Shown: positions 1 through 10,295, counted from the stretch's first letter. The stretch: 64,000 nt of DNA from Alphaproteobacteria bacterium (GCA_965261735.1 OZ253470.1:928001-992000), one strand, 5' to 3'. Numbers and translations are program-made. The notes: a model not told the origin generated them from the letters alone.

Positions 1-109
1 TAGCCCCACCCCGCTGCCGTGCACTTGACCGGCCAGCCCCACGGTCGGTCCTCCCAGGGCGCTTGCCCCGACGACCCTCCGTCAGCCCGACCCAGAGGGA
101 GGCCCTCCG

Positions 110-1357
110 ATGACCGAGCTGGACATGGACCGCGCCAAGTCCACGACCCCAAGCTTCCGCCTCACCGATGCCGAGGCCGCCATAGACATGGCTCGGCTTC
201 GCGGCTGGCGCCTGGCCCGGGTGCGCGCCCAGCTCGAGGAGCAGGGCTATGGCGGCTGCCTCCTGTTCGACCCGGTCAACGCCCGCTACGCCTGCGGCGC
301 GCGCAATCACACGCTGTTCCATACACACATCATCGGACGCCATTTGTTCGTCCCGACCGAAGGCCCCGTAATCCTGTTCGATGGCGCGCCCGAGCGCCTT
401 CCGGCGCGGCATCTGGAGACGGTAAGCGAATGCCGCGAATTGCCGCCGATCAACTTCTTCTTCGGTGGTCCCCGGGTGGGCGAATGGGTCGCCAAATGGG
501 CCGACGAGATGGCCGCCCTCGTGGCACGGCATTGCGGGAAGGGCGAACCCCTCGGCATCGATCAGGCGGCGCCGCACGTCATGGTGGCGCTGCAGGAGCG
601 CGGACTCCGGCTGGTCGATGCTCAGGCGCCGATGGAGCGCGCGCGTGCCATCAAGTCGCCGGAAGAGATCCTGTGCATGAATTTTTCGATCACGGCCGCC
701 GAGGTCGGCTTCGCGCGCATGCGGGAGGCCTTGCGCGCGGGCATGACCGAGAACGAGCTGTGGTCGCTGTTGCACCAGGCTAACATCGCGATGGGTGGCG
801 AGTGGTTCGACGGCCGGATGCTGTCTTCCGGCGACCGCACCAATCCGTGGCAACAGGAGTGCAGCGACCGCGTTATCCGCCCTGGCGAGCTCGTTGTCTT
901 CGATACAGACATGATCGGCCCGTTCGGCTACTGCGCCGACGTCTCGCGCACCTACCGCTGTGGGCCCGGCAAGCCCACGGATACCCAGCGCGGCCTCTAC
1001 AAGATGGCGTTCGAGGAATTGCACCACAACCTCGAGCTCATCACGCCGGGGCGCGGCTTCCTCGAGCTGAGCGAGAAGGCGTGGCGGCACCCGGACGCGT
1101 ACGTCGCCAACCGCTATCCCGTCGTCGCTCATGGCGTCGGCATGTGCGACGAGTACCCGGCCATTTACCCGCTGCGCGACAGCAAACAGATCGGCTATGA
1201 CGGCGTGATCGAGGAAAACATGGTGCTGTGCGTCGAGAGCTACATCGGCGCCGAGGGCGGCCACGAAGGGGTCAAGCTCGAGCAGCAGGTGCTGGTCACC
1301 GCATCGGGCCCCCACCTGCTCTCTCGCTTCCCGTTCGAAGACGAACTCCTCAACTAA
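110..1357 (+). CDS. M24 metallopeptidase-fold protein, DMSP lyase DddP-like
   Basis: LLFDPVNARYA N-domain, GGEWFDGRMLSSGDRTNPWQQECSDR, metal ligands DTD..D, HGVG, ESY, KLEQQ; resembles the DddP subgroup of M24B. Confidence 0.75.
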   Translation: MTELDMDRAKSTTPSFRLTDAEAAIDMARLRGWRLARVRAQLEEQGYGGCLLFDPVNARYACGARNHTLFHTHIIGRHLFVPTEGPVILFDGAPERLPARHLETVSECRELPPINFFFGGPRVGEWVAKWADEMAALVARHCGKGEPLGIDQAAPHVMVALQERGLRLVDAQAPMERARAIKSPEEILCMNFSITAAEVGFARMREALRAGMTENELWSLLHQANIAMGGEWFDGRMLSSGDRTNPWQQECSDRVIRPGELVVFDTDMIGPFGYCADVSRTYRCGPGKPTDTQRGLYKMAFEELHHNLELITPGRGFLELSEKAWRHPDAYVANRYPVVAHGVGMCDEYPAIYPLRDSKQIGYDGVIEENMVLCVESYIGAEGGHEGVKLEQQVLVTASGPHLLSRFPFEDELLN

Positions 1358-1359
1358 CC

Positions 1360-2922
1360 ATGGCCGACATCGTGATCATCAATCCGCGCTTCGAGGTCTC
1401 GTACTGGGGCCTAGAGCATGCGATGCCGATCTTCGGCAAACGCGCCAACATGCCCGTCGGGTGCCTGCCGCTGCTGGCCGCGCTCACGCCGGAACCGCAC
1501 ACCGTTACGCTGATCGACGAGAACGTCGAGCCGATCGATTTCGAGCGCTGCGCGCGCGCGGACATCGTTGGCGTCACCGGGATGATCGTGCAGCGCGCCC
1601 GCATGCGCGCCGTCCTCGAAGAACTCAAGCGGCGTGGCGCCTTCACGGTCGTCGGAGGGCCTTGGGTCTCGGTGTCCGAGGACTATTTCGGAGACCTCGC
1701 CGACGTCGTCTTCGTCGGCGAGGCCGAGGAAACCTGGCCCTGCTTCCTCGCCGCGTGGCAGCAAGGTGAGCATGAGGCGCGCTACGCCCAGGCCGGCAAG
1801 ACCGACATGTCGCGCGTACCGGTACCGCGCTTCGATCTGCTGAAGATGGGGCGCTATGCGTTCGGCAGCCTCCAGTTCTCGCGCGGTTGCCCGTTCCGTT
1901 GCGAGTTCTGCGACATCATCGTGATCTACGGCCGCCGCCCGCGCATCAAGACCACGGCCCAGATCATCGCCGAGCTCGAAGCGCTGCTGCGCGAGGGCGT
2001 GCGTGTGGCCTTCATCGTCGATGACAACCTGGTCGGCAACAAAAAAGCCATCAAGGACGTGCTGCGCGAGGTCATCGCCTGGCAGGAGAGCAATGGCTAT
2101 GCGCCCACCTTTTTCACCGAGGCATCGCTCGATCTTGCCGAGGACGAGGAGCTCATGCGCCGTATGGTCGATGCCAACATCCTCAGCGTCTTCGTCGGCA
2201 TCGAGAGCCCCAACGAGGCATCGCTCATTGAGACCAAGAAGTTCCAGAACGTGCGCGGCGGGGCCACCATGCTCGACAAGGTGCACGCCATCCAGAGCGC
2301 CGGCATGGTCGTGTGGAGCGGCATGATCCTGGGCTTCGACAACGACGATCACACCATCTTCGATGCCCAGCGCCGGTTCATCAAGGAGGCCCGTATCGTC
2401 AGTACGATGATCGGCATGCTGCACGCGATCCCGAAGACGCCGCTGCATGCGCGCCTCGCCCTCGAGGGTCGCCTCGATACTTCCGACGCGCCAGCTTTTG
2501 GCACCAATGTCCTGCCGCTTCGCCTCAGCCGCGAGGCGTTGCACGACGGCTACGTCGATATCCTGCGCGATCTCCACGAGCCCGAGGCCTATTTCGCCCG
2601 GCTCGATGAGCTATGCCTGGGCGGCGGGCTCGGCGAAGACAACGGGCGTCGCCGCTATTGGCGCCAGCATCCCTGGCGGCGCATCGAGGCCAACGCGCTA
2701 CTGCTCGCGCAATCGGCTGTACTGTTCGCGCGATTGATGTTGAAGATTCCGGAAGCGGAGTTACGTCGCGAATACCGCCGCCGGGTGTGGCGCTATGTCA
2801 CCCGGCGAGGCAGCCCGAGCGTCCTCTTTCTCTACGTGCTCCAGTGTGCGATGCACTTCCACGCCCACGTCTTGGCGCGCGAGGTAGCCCGCGGTGAGGC
2901 CGCGGTCACGAACTCGTTCTAG
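1360..2922 (+). CDS. B12-binding radical SAM protein (DUF4070-type C-terminus)
   Basis: ATG 2 nt after the upstream stop; cobalamin-binding N-domain ([15 protein letters not shown]); [11 protein letters not shown] CxxxCxxC motif; VDDN and FVGIES. Confidence 0.85.
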   Translation: MADIVIINPRFEVSYWGLEHAMPIFGKRANMPVGCLPLLAALTPEPHTVTLIDENVEPIDFERCARADIVGVTGMIVQRARMRAVLEELKRRGAFTVVGGPWVSVSEDYFGDLADVVFVGEAEETWPCFLAAWQQGEHEARYAQAGKTDMSRVPVPRFDLLKMGRYAFGSLQFSRGCPFRCEFCDIIVIYGRRPRIKTTAQIIAELEALLREGVRVAFIVDDNLVGNKKAIKDVLREVIAWQESNGYAPTFFTEASLDLAEDEELMRRMVDANILSVFVGIESPNEASLIETKKFQNVRGGATMLDKVHAIQSAGMVVWSGMILGFDNDDHTIFDAQRRFIKEARIVSTMIGMLHAIPKTPLHARLALEGRLDTSDAPAFGTNVLPLRLSREALHDGYVDILRDLHEPEAYFARLDELCLGGGLGEDNGRRRYWRQHPWRRIEANALLLAQSAVLFARLMLKIPEAELRREYRRRVWRYVTRRGSPSVLFLYVLQCAMHFHAHVLAREVARGEAAVTNSF

Positions 2923-4569
2923 GAGCGTGCGCCGTAGAAGTTTTGATGTTGGGCGATTGGCGCGCGGCCGCCGGAGAGGTGGGATTTTGGCCCGAGTGTG
3001 GATATCTGGCCCGCCCGACTCTGGGATGGAAATCCCAGACCGGAAGGCCGGAAGGGAAGAGATTCGCGTTTCATACGCGGTCGATGGGCACTGCGCGCCC
3101 CGGATCAAGTGCGTTGGCAGGCCAGCACCTGCCTCAGCACGTGGCCACCGTCCCCATCCGCTTGATGTTCAACGCCAAGCACACGAGGTCCCACTCGCCG
3201 CGCACCTTCGCCAAGCCTCGCAGGCTGAATCGTCGGAATCCGAGCACCTCCTTGATCCACCCGTTCGGCGCCTCCGAGAGCCACTTGCGTTGCGCGTACC
3301 GGGCTTTGCCCGCGGGGCTCGCCAGTTTCTCACCCATGCGGTGCGTGGCAGGGAGCCGGGCCGGGTCGACCGCCACCTGGGACTTGCCTTCACGCCCCAG
3401 CGCTACGTGCGCGTCGATGCCGCGATCTTCCAGCTCCAACAGATCCGGCTCGTTGCAGTAGCCCGCATCGGCCAGTACCACCGCAGGCTCGACCCCAAAC
3501 GTCTCGTTGATCTCGTCGAGCATCCCCACCAGCTGACCCTGGTCGCTGGCCTGTGGCCCCACCTGAGTCGCGACGATGATCTGGTGCTCCCCATCGACCG
3601 CCATCTGCGCGTTGTAGCACTGCTGGAACCCCTCGCTGCTGGTCTTCATGATCTGGCTCTCGGGATCGGTGAAATTGCTCTGCGCCTTCGGCTCGGGCTC
3701 GCCGTAGGCCCGCTTGTAAGGCCGCCCGCCCCGGGGATTGCGGTCCTGCCCCGGCTCGCGCCCGCGCTCATCGTCGCGCCCGCGTTGCGCCGCCTCCAAA
3801 CGCGCTTTGGCTGCCTGGATCGCCGCCAGGCGCTTCTCCCTGCGTTGCAACTCCTCGGGCAACTCGTCGCCCCGGAAATCCTCGCCCCAACGCTCGTCTT
3901 CTTCGGCGTCCACCATCCCCGCCGTCGTCAGCAGCGCCTCGATCTCCGCCTGCAAGCGAGCCGCCTCTTTGCCCATCCGCTCATAGCTCATCGCCTTGCG
4001 CTTGCTCGCGTTCGCTCGCACCTTCGTCCCGTCGACCGAGAGCTTGCCGAACCGCGCCAGTCCCATCTCGCGCGCCACCTGCACCACCCCCACAAACAGC
4101 TCGCTGAACTCCGCCAGATGTCGGCGTCGGAACTCACATACCGTGCGATGTTGCGGGAAGTTGCCCGCCGCGAGCATCCTAAACGCTACATCCTCCTCCA
4201 GCTTCCTCGCCACCGCGCGCGAGGAGAATGTGCCCGTCGCGTAGGCATAGATCAGCACCTTGACCATCATCGACGGCTCGTAGGGGGCGTTGCGTCGACC
4301 GTCCCCCTCGTAGGGCGCATAGAACGCCGTCAAGTCCAGTGCATCGACCACATCGCTGACGTGATGAGCCAGGTGCCCTGGGGAAACCCACTCCTGCAAG
4401 TCCGGCGGCAAAAGCAAGGGTTGGTCCGGCTGGTAGGCACGAAACGTGGTCGGCATCGGGAGTTCCCACACGCAACTGGCGTATCGGATCATACTTCCCC
4501 CTGCGCAAATCCACCCACAACCCGTCCGCTATCAACTTTGCCGCGCGGACCTTTCTGCGGCGCACGCTC
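2923..4569 (-). mobile_element. IS1182-family insertion sequence, apparently intact
   Basis: 17-bp terminal IRs GAGCGTGCGCCGTAGAA (2923-2939) and TTCTGCGGCGCACGCTC (4553-4569) with 1 mismatch; CTAG on both flanks (2919-2922, 4570-4573). Confidence 0.92.
3134..4456 (-). CDS. IS1182-family DDE transposase
   Basis: LLPPDLQEW, YAYATGTFSSR, VDGTKVRANAS, NFTDPES, LADAGY, GFRRFSLRGLAKV motifs; start placed at MPTTFRAY. Confidence 0.93.
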   Translation of the reverse strand: MPTTFRAYQPDQPLLLPPDLQEWVSPGHLAHHVSDVVDALDLTAFYAPYEGDGRRNAPYEPSMMVKVLIYAYATGTFSSRAVARKLEEDVAFRMLAAGNFPQHRTVCEFRRRHLAEFSELFVGVVQVAREMGLARFGKLSVDGTKVRANASKRKAMSYERMGKEAARLQAEIEALLTTAGMVDAEEDERWGEDFRGDELPEELQRREKRLAAIQAAKARLEAAQRGRDDERGREPGQDRNPRGGRPYKRAYGEPEPKAQSNFTDPESQIMKTSSEGFQQCYNAQMAVDGEHQIIVATQVGPQASDQGQLVGMLDEINETFGVEPAVVLADAGYCNEPDLLELEDRGIDAHVALGREGKSQVAVDPARLPATHRMGEKLASPAGKARYAQRKWLSEAPNGWIKEVLGFRRFSLRGLAKVRGEWDLVCLALNIKRMGTVATC

Positions 4570-4633
4570 CTAGGGCGGCGAAACAGTTTGACTGGCAGCG
4601 CGGCCCCAAACCTTGTGTCGGCCAAATAGGCCC

Positions 4634-5400
4634 CTACATGGCCCGCACTTCGGTGAGGAAGGTGTCGACCTCGTGGCGCAGAACGTCGGACTGCTGAAAT
4701 AGCTTGTCCGCTGACTCGAGCACCTGACCCGCCGACTGGCCGGTCTGGTCGGCCGCGGAGGCCACCGTCGTGATCGTGGCGTTCACGTCTTCGGTGCTCT
4801 GTGCGGCCTGTTGGACGTTGCGAGCGATCTCCTGGGTCGCTGTCAGCTGGGCCTCAACTGACGAGGAGATCGCGGCAGCGATGTCGCTAATCTCGCCGAT
4901 CGTCCCGGAAATGCCCTTGATCGCGTGCACCGGACCGGTCGTCGAGGTCCGGATCGAGTCGGCTTGAGAGGCGATCTCCTCGGCCGCCTTCGTGGTCTGC
5001 TCGGCGAGGTTCTTAACTTCCGAGGCGACCACGGCGAGCCCTTACCCGCGTCTCCGGCGCGCGCCGCCTCGATGGTCGCGTTCAGGGCGAGCAGGTTGGT
5101 CTGGCTCGCGACATCGTTGATGAGGCCAACCACCTCTCCGATCTTCTCGGCAGCGTGGGCCAATCCTTCCACCGTGGCATTGGTGCGATCGGTCTCGTCG
5201 ACCGCGCGCATAGCGATCTCGGTCGACTGGCTAACTTGCGCCCGATCTCTTCGATCGAGCGTGACATTTCCTCGGCCGCCGCCGCCACCGTCTGCACGTT
5301 GGTGGAGGCTTGCCTCGACGCCGAGGCGACGCTCGCCGCCTGCTGACTGGTTTGCTCCGCTGTTTCCGACATGCCTTCGCCGCACTCGCCTCAAGGTTGA
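4634..5400 (-). pseudogene. methyl-accepting chemotaxis protein C-terminal fragment, frameshifted
   Basis: MCP signalling domain ([22 protein letters not shown] / [11 protein letters not shown]) spread over three frames (shifts near 5235 and 5038); N-terminus absent. Confidence 0.88.
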
Positions 5401-5428
5401 GTGCGGTCGTGAGCCCGCCGCATCCTCG

Positions 5429-5930
5429 TCAGTCCGCCGGATGTGCCGCCAGGCGCGACATCAACCGGATCATGAAGGCGATGGCATCGCGGTAGCCCCG
5501 GACCTAAGTACTCGTTGGGCGCGTGCTTGTTTCCCGAGTGGCCGAGGGTCGTTGCGATCCACGGCATGCCGAGCGTCTCTATGAAATGGTAACTGCCGAT
5601 CGCCGTAGCGGTACGCGGCCAGATTTCCGGGTCGTGCCCCATCTCGCGGTAGGTCTCGAGGAGCGCCTTCACCGCCCAATTGTCGGGTGCCATGGCGCCG
5701 CCGCGATAGCCGTTCAGGACCTCGATTTCGACCTCCGCGAACCCGTTGGCATCGAGATGGCGGCGCATCACGTCGACGAGATGATCAACCGTCATGCCAT
5801 CGAGAGGTCGGATATCGACGCTCGCCACGGCGGCGTTGGGCAGCTCGACCTTGTGGCCGCCCTCGATCACGGTGCCGCCCGAGATGCCGGAGACGTTGAT
5901 TTCCGTTTCGAAGCAGTAGGCGTATAACGC
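5429..5930 (-). pseudogene. M20 family metallopeptidase C-terminal fragment
   Basis: ALYAYCFETEINVSGISGG...ASVDIR...GNKHAPNEYL; frameshift near 5505, then [22 protein letters not shown]; 5' part missing. Confidence 0.75.
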
Positions 5931-5936
5931 CCCCCC

Positions 5937-6616
5937 TCGTTCAGCAGTCCGGGCGCCAATCGCTCATAGACAATATCGTTGGTGTAGCGACCAATCACCG
6001 ACGGGCGTTTTATGGCATAGGTGCTCGGCCAGCCTTTAAGCCTGCATATCTCCTCGTAGAATTCATATGGGAAAGTCTTAGTCCATGGCTGAAGTTCCTT
6101 GGCGATGAACCGTTCCAGGATCGTGGCAAGCGCGGTCCTCGCGCGGATATCTTGGTAGCCCGTAGCCTCATCAATAAGGCCGATGATGCCGATTATACCA
6201 AGCCCCTTGCGAACGATGCGGGCACGCTCGGCAATGTGGAGTTGAGAGGGGAGAAGGGCTCCGGCTCTGTAGGCTTCTTCGTACACATCACAGACTTCTG
6301 GAAGGAGTTCTGCGCGATAGCCGTAAGCGACCGGGCCTCGGGAAGGAGCCTGAAAGGCGATGGGGGTTGACGCCGTCACTAAGGCGTTGGGAACAAATGG
6401 GCTTAGGTTGGATGCGGCCAGAAAAACCGGAAGGTTGACGCCGTCACTTTGTTGATGCCGTTTTAATGTCCTGTGGCGTCCAAGGGCCGATTGGAATCCC
6501 CCCCTGCTTAGCACGCGCGACTCATCTTCCAAAACATAGCAGTCGATCTTAATGTCACCGATGATCAGGGGCCGGTCAGCCGCACCGGCAATGACTTTTA
6601 GGGCCTTCTTGCTCAT
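5937..6616 (-). pseudogene. P63C-domain protein, C-terminally truncated
   Basis: CYVLEDESRVLS, GLIDEATGYQ, LQPWTKTFPYEFY, VIGRYTNDIVYERLAPGLLNE; homology stops at a G7 run and the ORF reads on into M20 DNA to 5867. Confidence 0.8.
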
Positions 6617-7497
6617 GATTTAACTCCCAATCCACGGTTGATGGTCGCGAAGGTGTCGAAGGGGTCGGCCTTGCGCAGGTTGTAGCGGTAGCAGAACTCA
6701 TCGACATACCGTTGCAGGTGGCGACGGCTGACGCTGTGGAACTGGCCGAACATGCCGCGCTTCAACAGAGCCCAAAACCCCTCGATGGTGTTTGTGTGAA
6801 TGTCGCCGTCCACGTACCAGTCAGCGTGCTTGATGACGGCGTGCGGCAGCACCTTCGCCATGCCGAGGTATGCTTTGTACTCGTCCGTTATCAGGCTCGC
6901 CTTTGATGTGTCGATGCGATCCCGCACAAAGGCACGCATGTGCCTGCCCTTCATCTTGTCCTTAGCAACGGCCTTTGCCGTGACATTGCCGCCACGTTCG
7001 ACCGCGCCAATCACTGGAGCCTTCTTGGTGCCGCGTCCAGGCTTGTGCTTGCCGCCATCGCCATCGCCCTTAGTGCCCTTGCGCGGCTTTCCGCCGACAT
7101 AGGTTTCGTCCATCTCGATGATGCCGGTAAGCAGGCTTCGCTGTTCGGCTTGGGTCATAGCCTTACGAATCTGCATCGTGATCCTCCAAGCCGTGTTCTT
7201 ATTAACGGAGAGATCGCGGGATAGTTGAAGCGCTGACAGACCCTTCTTGGCGTTCAGCATCAACATGACCGCTAGGAACCACTTTTGCAGCGGCATATGC
7301 GTGTGGTGAAAGATCGTGCCTACCGTAACGCTAAACGAGGTCTTGCAGTCGTAGCAGCGATGACGGTGCTGGTTGCGTGCGGTATTGAGCGACCCGCAGT
7401 ATGGGCAACTCGGCTTGTCGCCCCAGCGAGCCGCCTCAAGATGAGCGATGCAATCTTGTTGTGTGGGGAACCGCTCGAAAACCTGTATGATGTTCAT
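6613..7497 (-). CDS. IS1595-family transposase
   Basis: Zn ribbon CPYCGS..CYDC, KGLSALQL, EMDETYVGGK, ITDEY, HTNTIEGFW, YVDEFCYRYN. Confidence 0.92.
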   Translation of the reverse strand: MNIIQVFERFPTQQDCIAHLEAARWGDKPSCPYCGSLNTARNQHRHRCYDCKTSFSVTVGTIFHHTHMPLQKWFLAVMLMLNAKKGLSALQLSRDLSVNKNTAWRITMQIRKAMTQAEQRSLLTGIIEMDETYVGGKPRKGTKGDGDGGKHKPGRGTKKAPVIGAVERGGNVTAKAVAKDKMKGRHMRAFVRDRIDTSKASLITDEYKAYLGMAKVLPHAVIKHADWYVDGDIHTNTIEGFWALLKRGMFGQFHSVSRRHLQRYVDEFCYRYNLRKADPFDTFATINRGLGVKS

Positions 7498-7542
7498 GGC
7501 ATTCCGCTTCCGTTCGAGCCGTATCAATCTCTAGACAAGATC

Positions 7543-7571
7543 AATATGGCCCTGGCGGGGCGGAATGTCAA
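7543..7571 (-). promoter_or_regulatory. sigma70-type promoter for the IS1595 transposase
   Basis: TTGACA (7571-7566), 17-nt spacer, CATATT (7548-7543) on the minus strand. Confidence 0.6.
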
Positions 7572-7593
7572 GACCTTAAACTAGGAAATTCCG

Positions 7594-8756
7594 TCCTTGA
7601 TAGTGCGACCCGCGTGGCGATCACCCATGCGCCCTCTAAAACGAGGCTGAGGGTTATCGGAAGCAACGGCAAAACTGCCATGGGTTTGGTTGGGTGCCCA
7701 TGGGCGATTGCAGATGAGCCAGGCGCTTGGGAAACCAATGGCGGCGCTCTGCTTAACGACGCGATCCAAACGGCTATGGGCAAGCCGGGATCGCCAATGC
7801 GGGCGGTTTACATTGGCACGCTGGCCCCGAGCGTGGCGGGTTGGTGGCACGATCTTATAGCGGGCGGCTCGCGCAAAAGTACGTACGTTCAGGCCCTCCG
7901 AGGCGACCCGAAGAAGTGGGATCAGTGGTCCACGATTAGGCGATGCAATCCGCTCGCGGAAATCGCGCCAGCGTTTCGAAAGTAGCTCTTGGAAGAGCGC
8001 GACGAGGCCAAGCGCGATACCCGGCTCAAGGCCCGGTTCCTGTCCTACCGCTTGAACATCCCAACAGGCGATGAAACTACGATGCTTCTAAGCACCGAGG
8101 ACTGGGAACGCTCAAACGCGCGCCCGGTGGCTCCGCGCTCGGGCCGCCCCATTGTTGGTGTTGACCTTGGCGGCGGCCGGGCGTGGTCGGCGGCCGTGGC
8201 CCTTTGGCGATCCGGTCGAGTTGAGGCCATAGCAGTGGCGCCGGGCATTCCGACGATCGAGGAACAAGAGCGCCGTGATCGCGTGCCACGCGGGCTATAC
8301 CGAAAGCTTGCGCAGCAGTCCGGCGCTTTGGTCGTCGCCGAGGGGCTGCGGGTTCAGCCGCCTGGCCAGGTGGTTAGGGCCATTCTGGAGAGGTGGGGGC
8401 AACCCGAGGTCGTCGTCTGCGACCGCTTCAGACTGGCGGAGTTGCAGGATGTGTCTCCGAGGGGCGTTCCGATCTTACCGAGGGTGGCGAGGTGGTCAGA
8501 GGCCTCTGAGGATGTTAGGGCTTTGCGCAAGATGGCCGCCGATGGCCCGCTCGCCTGCGAGGCTGCCAGTCGTTCGCTGCTAACCGCCAGTCTGGCGGCT
8601 GCAACCGTCAAGAGCGACGATCAAGGGTCTGTTCGGCTAGTCAAAAGCACTAATAACACGGCCAGAGACGACGTTGCAGCGGCCCTGGTGCTTGCCGCTG
8701 GCGAAGCCGCGCGCCGCGACGCCCACCCTCCACGGCCTTTGCGGTGGGCCGCGTAA
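7594..8756 (+). pseudogene. phage terminase large subunit remnant
   Basis: Walker B-like AIADEPGAW, motif III YIGT, nuclease IVGVDLGGG and DDVAAALVLA; 5' end (Walker A) missing; in-frame TAG at 7983-7985. Confidence 0.78.
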
Positions 8757-8846
8757 GGGCCGGCAGGCCCCCTCCCCTGGCCAGCAAACCGGCCCAAAGC
8801 ACCCCTGAGGTCACGCGCCGCGCCCGCACTGGCCAGCACGCCCTTT

Positions 8847-8886
8847 GCTGACACCACGCTGACACGGCCTCCCGACCGGTGTCAGC
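8847..8886. repeat. putative integrase arm-type binding repeats
   Basis: GCTGACAC at 8847-8854 and 8858-8865, inverted copy GTGTCAGC at 8879-8886, 50-90 bp from the tRNA 3' end. Confidence 0.5.
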
Positions 8887-8936
8887 GCCGGCCCCCCCTG
8901 ACCTCATCTAAACTACTGTTTTGCATGAGAAAAACT

Positions 8937-9012
<76 letters not shown>

Positions 9013-9137
9013 GACGCCGGCGAATCGGGAGAGTGACGCCTGTCGCTACTGGAACCGGTGTCGACCCCGAAGCCTGCCACCTTCTAGGGCCTGGGCCGAG
9101 CCACTACAAGGCGTTTCTTGATCTGGCCCCGGGGCCC

Positions 9138-10295
9138 TCACGGCTCGGTCACCGCCGGATGGCGCGGGATGTGCACGTCGCGGTGGATGTGGCTGCTGAT
9201 CACGAAGCCGAAGCCGATCAGGATCGTCACCATCGCAGTGCCGCCGTAGGAAACCAGCGGCAGCGGTACGCCGACCACGGGGATCAGCCCCATGACCATG
9301 GCGATGTTGATAAAGACGTAGATGAAGAAGGTCGCCGCCGCCCCGGCACAGAGCAGGCGCGCAAAGTGGCTGCGTGCCCGGAGCGCGATCACCATGGCGT
9401 AGGCGAGCGCGAGGACATACAGCGACAGCAGCGCCAAGCCGCCGGCGAGGCCGAACTCCTCCGCCAGCACGGTGAAGATGAAGTCCGTCTGCTTCTCCGG
9501 GAGGAAGTTCAAGTGGCTCTGGGTGCCCTGCATGAAGCCCTTGCCGACGAGGCCGCCCGAGCCGAGTGCGATCTTCGACTGAATGATGTGGTAGCCGGCG
9601 CCGAGGGCGTCGCGCTCGGGATCGAAGAACGTGTAGATGCGGTCCTTCTGATAGTCGTGCAGGTATTGCCACAGGAAAGGCACGCTCGCGACCACCGCGA
9701 GCAGCGCCGCCGCGAACGTCCACAACCGGATCCCCGCGAGAAACAGGATGGCGGCACCACCGAACACGATCAGGATGGCCGTGCCCAGGTCGGGCTGGCG
9801 CAGAACCAGGGCGGCCGGCGCCGCGATCATGGCGATCGGTACCAGCAGCCACCGGACGCCCCTTATCTGCTCCAGCGTGAGTCCGTGAAAGTAGCGGGCG
9901 AGCGCGAGCACGAGGGCAATCTTCATGATCTCGGAGGGCTGTAGCTGAAAGGCGCCGAGATCGAGCCAGCGCTGCGCCCCCTGATCGCTGCGGCCGACGA
10001 ACTCGACCGCGATCAGGAGTGCCAGCGAGCCGGCATAAACGAGATAGGCGCCACGGTGCCACAGGCGGATGTCCGACAGCGCGACGGCGAACATGAGGAG
10101 GACGGCGACGGCGAAGCGCAGCAGCTGGCGCGTGACCCACGTGTCGGTCACGCCGTCGGCCACCGAGAACAGCATCGCCAGCCCGACAGCGGCCATGGCG
10201 AAGATGAGGACGATCAGGGGCCACGGCAGGTTGCGGAACTTGCGCCCGAGCGTGAGCTCGACCTTGTGCAACCCGGTGCCGGAGTCGACCGCCAT
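9138..10295 (-). CDS. rodA: rod shape-determining SEDS protein RodA
   Basis: GAQRWL, QPSEIMK, QPDLGT, LPEKQTDFIF, SYGGT motifs; downstream of PBP2. Confidence 0.96.
   Translation of the reverse strand: MAVDSGTGLHKVELTLGRKFRNLPWPLIVLIFAMAAVGLAMLFSVADGVTDTWVTRQLLRFAVAVLLMFAVALSDIRLWHRGAYLVYAGSLALLIAVEFVGRSDQGAQRWLDLGAFQLQPSEIMKIALVLALARYFHGLTLEQIRGVRWLLVPIAMIAAPAALVLRQPDLGTAILIVFGGAAILFLAGIRLWTFAAALLAVVASVPFLWQYLHDYQKDRIYTFFDPERDALGAGYHIIQSKIALGSGGLVGKGFMQGTQSHLNFLPEKQTDFIFTVLAEEFGLAGGLALLSLYVLALAYAMVIALRARSHFARLLCAGAAATFFIYVFINIAMVMGLIPVVGVPLPLVSYGGTAMVTILIGFGFVISSHIHRDVHIPRHPAVTEP

Larger units (their letters stand above)
5937..7593 (-). mobile_element. truncated IS1595-family element with P63C passenger; left end present, right end lost
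   Basis: End sequence CGGAATTTCCTAGTTTAAGG (minus strand from 7593, CGGnnTT type) abuts the terminase remnant; no matching IR seen downstream. Confidence 0.65.

Noticed and set aside
5919-5931. GGCGT-ATA-ACGCC hairpin as an IS end
   Set aside because: It lies within M20 coding similarity (ALYAY) and does not match the IS1595 left end.
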